From Euglena gracilis (taxonomy: Eukaryota), in the NCBI GenBank assembly GCA_039621445.1, contig CP154954.1:32527455-32591454 (forward strand): a stretch of DNA of 64,000 nucleotides. Reading direction: 5' to 3'. A model generated the notes under the pieces. The model saw nothing but the letters and a program-made list of their open reading frames with translations. It had not been told where the DNA came from and made no database searches. Of the stretch, positions 54,651 to 64,000 are shown in pieces. The position numbers and the translations under genes are program-made. The stretch's first letter is position 1. Each line of letters opens with the position of its first letter.

Positions 54651-57600
54651 ATGACCGTCGCCAACGCCGGCCCCGAGCTGGACTTCCTCTGCCACCCGCC
54701 GCTGCTGGCCGACCTCCTCCAGCGCCCGATCCGCCCCGCCAAGCCCAAGGGCCCCCGCCCGCCCCCGCGGGCCGCCGCCCCGGCCCACACCCCCGCCCCG
54801 CCCGCGCGCCAGTCCTCCACCCGGGCCGGCCCTAACCTAAGACGGGGGCGGACCCCGGTCTGGCAGTGCTATTTGGTCGCACTGCGGAAAATCTGAGGGA
54901 GGGGGCTTCTGTTTGGGTACCCCTGTTTAACCCCGGCCAAAGGGCGGCTGAGGCCATTCCGTGGATCGAATGGGGTCGAAAAGAGAGAAAATTCGAAAAC
55001 CCTGACTTTGACGTTTGATGTTGTGGGGATGGCCCATGGTTCAAGGGTTCCAGATGGCAGTCTTTCCCCAAAATGTGTCGGCGATATCCTGTGCGTCCCA
55101 TACGAACCAGCATCATTGATTGAGTCTCAGCGCTTCACCAGCGTGGCTTGCCTCCCTTGTGTTTTTCTTTGTGTGGTGTTGAAAAGACCCAAACGGGATT
55201 TGGGGTTGAATCGCTCTCTAAAAATGAACGAAGGGTGCACAGTACAGTCGCGGTTAGATCAGAAAGGTCAGGGTGACGGGACGGTGGTTCAGGAGAAGGG
55301 GTCTGGTCCGATTCCAGGGCAAACAAAGTCGACCCCCTAATGTAACACGCCAGTGTCTTTTGTTAAATTTGGCCTCAGGGTATCTTATTAAGGTTTCTTC
55401 CCGCCTGAATGTCAGTGGTTATTATTCACTGGCTTAAAATATTTTTTGTTTGTTGGGTGACAACAGCCTTTTTCAAAGAGCTTTTTTGCAAAATCTGGCC
55501 AAATTTGAGGTTAATGCCAGTATTCACCTCGTGTGGTCTGGCATTGCTTTGGCGAGGGGGAGATATTGCAAGTTCTCGTGACCTCCCTTGTATGACACCC
55601 CCACCCCAAGCCACCTTTGGGAGCTTACAGACGAATCACCGCAAGACACACCTGCGAATGAGAGCTACAAATTAGGCCAAAATCCATTTGCAAAAGCCCA
55701 CCTGCCAGTCCCTTTTGTGGGGACATCCAACCCGGCAAGAGGGTTGGGGAGGGGGAGGGGACGGCCCAAGTCCTGCCGCAGCGCCCGCCCGCCGGGGGTG
55801 TCGGCGCCAGCCTGCGGGCCGCCCGCCTCATGGCGCTGCTGGCCGGCAAGCCCTCCGAGGCGTACGCCTTTGCCACCGGCCGTCCGCGGCGGTGCCGGGC
55901 GGCCCGTCCGCCGCGCCGGGCAATTGGAAGGCGGCGACCGCCGTTCGCCGGCGTGGTTTTGAGGTCAGGTCACCGCACAGCCAATGGCAGCGGCGGCGGT
56001 GTGAACTCTGCCCCGCCCCCTGGGACCAGTGCCACAACTGCAAAAGGCATTGGGCCTTTTGAAGTGGTCTCAATTGGACAGGGTCTTGAAGGTCTTATGC
56101 CTTTTGGAAATGTCATTTTGGGTTTTTGGAAATGACCCATTGCGCCATTGGAGGACCGTTGTCATTTTTGTCTTCATCAGACTCGGGGGGGGGGACCGAT
56201 TTTGATGCACTCCCGAGGAAAGGCTGACGCCAGCACACACACAACACAGCCAAAGTGGGTTTCTTCCTTGGCGAGGGGGGAACCCGGTGCCGCGCCGCCG
56301 CGCCACCAGGAGCCCACCCCCGACGACCTCTCCCACTGCCCGGCCCTGCCGGAGCTCATCACCGCCACCGTCGCCAGCCGCCCCGACCAGCCCGACCAGG
56401 CAGAATTTCAGGGTGAGGCCGACCCCTCGGGGGGAAGGAAAGGATTATTTTTTTTTCTTACCGCCCCCGCCCCTTAAGGTCCTCCCCTAAGGCCTAAGTG
56501 TTGGCCAACAGCCAATCTGGGGATTGAACACGGTTGAAAACTCACGTTCAATAAAAAAAACCCGCAGGAAAAAAATGACCAAAAAAATGGACGTATTTTG
56601 GTGAAAATGGAAATGGGTCGACTTGGCATCCTTGGACCACCATCCATTTACCCAAAACATCAAGAAATGTGGGTTTCGATTTTTTAACAGGACTGTTTTT
56701 TTGCTTAAGTACCACCCCAAGGTGCCCAGATCCGACCGCCCCCCCCCCCCGGGGATATGACCAAAAGTGACTGGACACTCGGCCAAAAGCACTCCGGCAC
56801 TGGAAGTCCAGAGTAGCCCAATTTGGGCAATTTTTGATGCACCGACCACCTGGGGGGTCCCTAGGCACTGCAAGGCACCCCAAACCCCCCTCTAGGGTAA
56901 GTCAAATTCTGACTGGGCCCGACCCCCGCCGCCGGGCGCTCTGCGTCCTCCCCCGCCTCGGGGACTGGACGGCCAGGGCCCCCACCGTGTCAGCATCCAG
57001 TCCCGCCTCAAAGGGGGGGATGGGAGAAGCGGCCCAAGAGAGCAGCACTTTACATGACTTGAAACCCAGACCGATGAACCCAGACCGATACATCTGTCAA
57101 TGGCCAGTCTTTTCAAGCAACAAATCAGTGATCAATTGCTTGTCTCGCACTCAACCATATTTTAAGTCTAAGACCTTCCTGTTTGGGTCATTGGGTATCG
57201 CTTATTTTTGTCCAACGCCTTCAAACTTCAAGGCAAGTCAAGTCACGTCATCAAGTCTTCCTTCACGTCAAGTCTTCTGATCAAGAGGGTGATCCATAAC
57301 ATATTTGGAGGGTCGGGCTTCTTTCGCCCTTCGCAGAGGAATTTTGTTGGGAACGTGGGGCTTTGATTCCACAGAGGCCCAGCACTCTGCGGCCTCAAAC
57401 AGGCTGTCTTCAGCAGCACCTTGCTTGTTGGTGGCAGGTAACAAATACGTTCGAGATGCTACTGAATACATGGTTGGAGGAAACGGGGCGTTGCTTGAGC
57501 CAGGAAGGTACCCCACTCCCCAGAGGGTGCAGCTTTCCCCCCCCCCATCAGGGCCCTCCATAAGGGACAGGATTTTTGCTTTTCCCTGTTAAGGACCGAT

Positions 57601-58670
57601 TTTGACCCAAGGGCCGCCCAAAAGTCAGACCAGGACTCGAACATGGTCGAAATTAAAAGGTCGTTAACTACATTTTTTGATAGTCCATGAGTACATTTTT
57701 TGCTGAATGCCAGGATGCCAGGACTCATTTTTTTCCTGATGTCCACCTGCTCTTGTGGAAAAATGTCGAATTTTTCGCCCATTTTTCCTGCGTATTTTTA
57801 ATGAATGTGCTGCAACAGCAGAGTTTCTTTTTTGTTTGCTGAAGGACCGCTCTGCCCCCGATGAATATATTCATTCCTGGCTCCCAAAGGGTAGCTGGAC
57901 AATTAATTTTTTTGTTTTTTTGAGGCTGGCATATTTACCTTTTGTGGATGTGCTTTCACTCCGAAGCTACTCAAGAATTAGAGCCAAAATCAAAAATCAT
58001 CGAGCGTCAGGTTTCTATCAACAAAATCACACCCTTCACAAAAGATTTCTCGTGTGCGTTTTAGGCTTGCAGCAACCCCCAAAAAGAGAGCCGGATCCTG
58101 GACTTGTATTACTGCCCATCCCAACATTCCTGTCTCACTTCCATCTGTCACCGCGTCCGGGCGATGGGTTCCCCGCTGCCGTCTCTGACCGATAGCCTGC
58201 CCTTGTGCGCCCCCCAAGTGTGACGGCTTTGTGGCCGTTGCCACCGCCCTGCCGGAGGACGAGGCGGAAGCGGCGGAGGGCGAGGCGGTTGCCGGCCACA
58301 CCCCATGCCCAGGGCTGAGCGGGAAACCCAAAATCCCCACAGGAAATGGAAAAAGTGGACATTTTTCCGCAAGAACAGGTCCACATCAGGAAAAAAAAAT
58401 GCTTTCTGCCGTCCTTGGACCATCGCCAACCAGCCAAAACGTCAAAAAACGTGTTTATCGACTTTTAATTTCAACCACGTTCGATACCCGGTCCAGCTCT
58501 TGGGCAGCCCTTGGGCTAAAAGCAGACCCCCCCCCCTCCCCTGGGCGGTCCCGTCCAGCTCTGCCGGGGCCCACCCCGCCAGCCCCGCCTCCCGGCCAGC
58601 TCCCCGAAGCGCAACGGCCCCCGCCCGGGCCGCGCCTACAAGTTCCTCCCTCCGGCGGACCGCCCGGGCC
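54651..58670 (+). CDS. Hypothetical protein, multi-exon, probably continuing further 3'
   Basis: GC3-rich exon-like blocks: 54651-~54749 (MTVANAGPELDFLCHPPLLADLLQRPIRPAKPK, after a C-rich tract + CAG), ~55782-55878 (VGASLRAARLMALLAGKPSEAYAFAT), ~56292-56397 (HQEPTPDDLSHCPALPELITATVASRPDQ), ~56917-56970 (DPRRRALCVLPRLGDWT), ~58205-58287 (DGFVAVATALPEDEAE), ~58560-58660. No domain recognised; joins not fully resolved. Confidence 0.5.
57606..58517. repeat. Inverted pair of a ~180-bp dispersed repeat (57606-57785 and 58344-58517)
   Basis: cccaagggccgcccaa...tcgaacatggtcgaaattaaaag...ttttcctgatgtccacctgctcttgtggaaaaatgtc matches the reverse complement of 58344-58517. Weaker relatives at ~12240-12420 and ~42440-42600. 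Confidence 0.8.
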
Positions 58671-61600
58671 TCTCCTTCGCCCATCATTTCCCTCTGTTTG
58701 GAGTTGCAGCCCCCCCTCTGGGGTGGCTGTGCACCTCGCCCAATTTGGGCCAGGCCAGTCGCAGCAGCAACCCCATGGGGGGCTGCTGCTGGTTACTGCA
58801 CCCCCCAAAAAGGCAATTAAAATGATGCCTTTCAACGGGAACCATGTTCCGGCACCGAAAATCCCCCGAAAACCTCCAGATGGCCATTTTGACATTTTTT
58901 GACCAGTTTTCTGAAGATTTGGGTGCTGTGTGCACCGAAAACCTGTCGGCTGGTCCTCCAAAGAGGGGCTGGCAAGCTGGGCTGCAGCTGGAGAGGCTGG
59001 GTGGGGGACTGGGACACCCCAAGGAGAGGTCCGGAACCAGCTCTCTGAGAGCCCCGCCCTCGCTGCCTAAACTGTTACCCTCATCCCCATTCCCATTCCC
59101 ATGATGCACCCTCCCCTATTAACTTAGACGGCGCTTATTGCCCAAAATGATCGTCATTTTTGGGGCGGTTGTATTGCGTGGGTTTCTTGCATCGGAATTT
59201 TCCCTGGAAAGTTTTGGGGGGTCACACGTCTTGTATATTTCTGAAATGTGAATTTGGAAATTTACCGGTCGTTTTAGGGGGGTTTGGGAATTACCCCCTT
59301 GGAGCCAACTGAAATTTTGAAATACAGAAAATTTCCAGGGGAGAACACCTGAGCAACTCGCCGAATTTTGGACCTCTTGTGAGTCTGAAGTACCAGTGAT
59401 TGGGGAGGGAAACACGCAACTCTGCCAAGAGGAGCGGAGCCTATAATATGAGGAAGTGTGTCAGGTGGTAATCTGCCTGAATATTTTCTTTCCAAAGAGA
59501 TGCTGCCTTTATGGAGGGGATTCGATGGGGAACACCATTAAAAATGGGTTGGGTGCCTATTTGTCTAAAGGAGAGATGGCTCTGTGCATATTTATGTGGT
59601 GCATGTGCTTGCCCCAGGAGTCCTGATTGTTTTATGATAATCCATGCATTCCCCCTCCTCCTAGGCCACACTGTGCTGGGCATGCATATTACAATTCATC
59701 ATTTAGCAATCCAGGACGACAGCATAACCAGGAAACCAGGGGATGGGTGAGGCACGGTAACCTGTGGTGCTGTCCAGGACAGGGGGAATAGAAGGTGATT
59801 TACACCATTCTGAGGCACAGGTTCGGACATTTCAAAAGGTTGTTGCCAAACTGAACTGAAACGCGAACTGAAACAGCATGCAGTTTGAGAGTTTGATCTC
59901 CTGAACTAGCTGCCTACTGTCACCATTCACTAATTTTTTTTTTACAACCATCCCCTTCCCTTCCCCCAAACTTGTCACTTGCAACTTCAGGTTACAACCA
60001 AATTCTGGAGATTTCAGTGTGTTCCCATCTCCACCTGTCACGCTTGTTCACTGCAATCATCAACTTTCCCCATTCCCAAAACCTTGTAAGCGGGTTTCTG
60101 TCTGCTTGTGCAGGTTTCCACCAAGACGTGGTGTTGGCGGAAATCTGGATGGAGTATGCTGGTGTCCCGAGAGGTTTGTATCCCTGTTGGGAAGAAGTTA
60201 GAACGTTTGGCAGGACAGGTTGAATGGGAGTTGTGGCTGCTGTGGTAACCCCACCAGGCATTTGAGCAAGAGGCGGACCTCCTCTCTTGATGCGGCGGAC
60301 ATGTTCTCATTTGCGAGGTGAAGGTGTTGTTATCTGAGGGGACAGCACTGGAACGTGTGTCTCAGTTGCCAAGCTCAGTTGTCTCAGTTGCCAGCACCTC
60401 CACCGAACCCAGCCCGAGGCTGGGTGCGGTGCGGAAGAGGATTTCCCAAAACAGCCGATAAACAAAGGTTGATTTCTCAAGAGGGACGAAAGCAGCTCCC
60501 AGAGTTCTCCTCTTGGCCTCCCAACAATGGTGGTGGTCCAAAATAAGAGTCCAAAGGGACAATGTAGGAAATCAATCAAAAAACAGCAGCACTGGTGATG
60601 GCACTCACAAAATTTCGGGGGAGTTTCGAAAGGAATCCTCCGAATCCTGAAGAATTCCAGGCGTTGGATGGGTTCTGAGAGAGGTTATTCCGCCGGTCGC
60701 AGGCAATTTGTGGACGTGGACGTGGACGCCCGCCATTATTGCAAAAGCAGATGTGAAGGGTGGAGGCATTTGGAAACTGGGAAGAGGCGACTCCACAGGA
60801 AGGCCAAAGGTCGGGAGATGGAGCCTTACACGTCCGCTCCGAGGGCAAGGGAAGCTGTGCCAGAGGGGTCACAGGGGTCAAAGCTGTGTTGCGTCAAACG
60901 GCGCCGTGGCGCGGTTGAGAACAAATGCCTCTGTCTCCCCCCCACCCTTCCACAGGCCAGCTGCCTGCGCAGATCTTTGTTCCCTCCTTCGGAGAGAGAA
61001 CCAGCCTGGAATGGCGCCTGTTGATTGATTTGTTTGTCAGGTTCTGCAGATAACCGCCAACTTCGTTCCTTGGCCCCCGCCCAACCCCACGCTAACTGCC
61101 CTATGCCCCACCCATACAAAATCAGGAAATTTTCACCCATTGCAAACAGTCTTAAAGTCCCAAAAGACACACGTTTCACACACAATCAGATACAGCCGAG
61201 GTAGATATCTGCTCAAACGCTTTCTGAAAATTTTTGGGGCAAGCGCGTTAGTGAGGCCCTGAGCCAGATTTTTTGGCCAAAAAAGGATTGTGGGCGATGA
61301 CTTCGGAGGCATGTTGCCAGGAAAATATTGCCTGAGAACGGAAGGGCCAGAAAAGCAAGTGGAATTTTGGGCATTTTTGTCAGAATTACAGAAAAAAAAT
61401 TCTCTGCCTTTCAAAGGAAGAGTGCTGTTAGGAAGTGTTTGAGGCTTGGCTGTGCGTATAACCCCCCAAACAAGCAAGATCACCCTCCAATATACCCCCC
61501 CTGCCGATTTTCAGCAAAATCCAAAAGAAGGGACCTCCCAAAGTAAGACCCTTCCTGGTGGATTTTCAGCAACGGATCCAAAAAAATAGACCTGGGACAA

Positions 61601-64000
61601 ATTTTTGGGGGGATTAAGAGTGGAGGTGGAGAGGGGGTTTGCAGAAACGAAATAAATGGTTAGCCATGGAGGAGGAGCAATGTCTTTAGGAGGAACTGTG
61701 CCTGCTGAAAAAGGGCGGTCAGACATGTCAAGCCACCTGGATGTGTTAAGGGTGAACAGGAAACCCCTTTCGGGGGTTTAGAAACAGCCAAAAAAAAATG
61801 TCAAAGAACGCGCAAAAATATTGTGGGCAGTTAGCGCCGCCTAAGATTGACGTGTTGTCTGCCCCATAGCAACTCCGTCTGTCTCCCGTTCGAATGACTT
61901 CCTCACAGCACGGCAACCTCCACAGCGGCTGCTGGGTCGTGTGGCGGTGCGTCAGATGGCCTGCCTGGACTTCTGGCTGTGTGTCGTGAGGCTGGTCCCT
62001 GGACAGAGTTGGGCAGTTGACAAAATATTTCTGTGCAATCTCAAGGGAACCACCAAATTTTCCACCACTTTCAGGATCCGGCCTAAACTGCATGTTTTTT
62101 TTTTGCATGTGATAGCAGAACAGTCATAAAATCGTCAGTGACATGAAATTTGACTTCGGCTATTGACTCGGTGTGATTTTGATGATCCATTTTTTCATGC
62201 ATTTTGTTGGAAATCATGTTGACCTTTGGTTTAACATTTTTCCAGCTCTGAGGGTCGGTCGCTGGCTCAATTTGAAACTTATTTTTTTTGCTTCTAATGA
62301 AGATGCCCAATTTTCCAAACCCCTGTTAAGGAACCCACCCAAATGTTCTCGGGTCGATTTAGAATTTTGTTTGCTGGTTTTCCAAGACCCATTTTGTCAA
62401 CTTTCCTTGTGCCTCATTCACCCCTTGATTCTCTGGCTGCAGAATCCAGTGCCAGCCGCCGACCCTCTGCCCCGAATCGACCCACCGGGGCCCAGTGAGC
62501 ATCAGCTCTCTGGCCCCGCCCTCCAGCCCCTGTCGGAATCGCCGTCCTGTGCTTGCGCGTTCCCCTCATGTCCCCCTCCCCCTTCTTTGTTGCGGTCCGA
62601 TCGTCCCATTTGCAGCCTCGCCTGCCCCCTCCCCCCTGGCAACCTCCGCCTCAAAGAAGGGAGGACAGAGAAAGACACAGGGAGGGGCAAACACCCACCA
62701 ATCAACGCAGAGTAGGTGTTTGGTGTTTTGGACAGGCCAGGCTACCTCCAGCACTGCCCTCCTCCCACCAACCTTGTGGCCTTGTGAGCCGGCTGTTTCC
62801 TCTTGAAGGGCAGTTCCCCCCAGCAACCTAGCCCTGAAAAAACTGGGGCAAGACATTGCAGGTTGGCTCCCACCAAACCCCCACCCCGCTATGGCAATTG
62901 TAGGAGATGTTTCGGATGAGCTGTGATTATTGTGGGGAACACCTCATGTTGCCTCTGCCAATCTCGTTCTCCGGTTTGACGTCGGGTCAGGTGGGTGGTT
63001 TGGACTCCAACCTGCAACATTCGGGAGGGAGGGCACCAAACCCAAGTGAGTTGCATTTGTCCGTCAATGTGCAAGCATTGGTGGTGGTGGTGGTGGTGGC
63101 GGCGGCAGCAGTGGATGTTATTTAGGGCAAGAAGTCATTGCTGGTTTCTTTGGAAATGAAAACAGCCTGCTCCTGGACTGCCCAAAGCAAGACTGTCCTT
63201 CAGCATCTTTCCACCTTGGTTCAACACTGTACTCGGACGACTGAATGGGGAAGCACTAAGCATATGCATTGTATTTTTCAGCGTATTTCGGGAAGTTTTT
63301 GGCAGGCAACCAAATGCCATGTGTATTCTTGAGGTCAAGGAAGAAATTGTGCGGAAGCCTTTGGGCGCGAAATTTCATACCCAAAAGGTCGTCATTTTAC
63401 ACCTCTGAGGTTGTCACCCTCCACCCACAAAGATATTATCTGGGTCTGTGGGAGAGGGTTGTCTTTTAAAAAATGTAATTCCTCTCTTTGTACCTTCATC
63501 TGCCTGTCACACCATTTTCCTCCTCCATGTGCATTCACCCTGGGAAGGGGCAAGTTTAATGCAATAGCCTGAAGGGAATACTCGGTCAAATATCAAAAAA
63601 TCAAACAAATTCAACATTCAACAATTCAAACGATGAATGTGGAAGCTCAGGCAGTACAACAGTCTTTGTGTTCCTCCGCATTTCCTTCCCTCATTGTGCA
63701 GTGAGAGCAGAGCACTTTTTTTGCCCCCCTCCCATCCTCCTCTATCACGGTCGATGTATGTCGCTGGTGCTGCAGATATCTTACCCTGCACATCCTCACG
63801 AACCTCAGAGGCTTTGGGTGTGACATTGTTGGCTGGTTCTTCCACGCAATGGTTTACAGTTTGCAACGCTGGTAAACCTCCAAATAATTCTGATGTTTTG
63901 TTGTTCAGTGAATGGAGGCATTGGATCACATCAAAATTATCAGTTATCAGTTCAAAATCATTTGACCAAATTACTTTGGGTGGGGTGGGTTGGGAAGGGG

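Noticed and set aside
59800-64000. Possible degraded element or further exons (e.g. ~61909-61991)
   Set aside because: Only short ORFs without motifs or consistent splice phases; no call could be supported.

Overview
Eukaryotic nuclear DNA, most likely from a euglenid (Euglena-like). The evidence is GC3-rich small exons, C/G homopolymer-rich introns, and a mix of GT/GC-AG introns with euglenid-type nonconventional introns (no GT-AG; stem with +4 pairing to about -6). Contents from left to right: (1) 1-8780, an open-ended tandem array of ~893-bp near-identical, GC-rich units with many helices whose G-U wobbles fall on the + strand (unidentified; possibly a structured RNA); (2) 3' exons of a probable Nop15/NIFK-like nucleolar protein gene (9577-10889); (3) a MITE-rich interval; (4) a ~29-kb, ~33-exon NLR-like gene (23935-52695) encoding an unknown N-terminus, NACHT NTPase, pentapeptide repeats and 14 WD40 blades, with almost exactly one 42-aa blade per phase-1 exon; (5) the start of a hypothetical gene (from 54651). 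Introns and spacers carry nested MITEs: hAT-like (8-bp TSD, CAG/CAT...CTG/ATG ends), Merlin-like and TA-ended. The main inference is that the 3 nt + 5 nt flanking the stem of nonconventional introns equals one 8-bp hAT target-site duplication, which would make these MITEs 'intron-ready'. All calls are by eye; no searches or folding were run.
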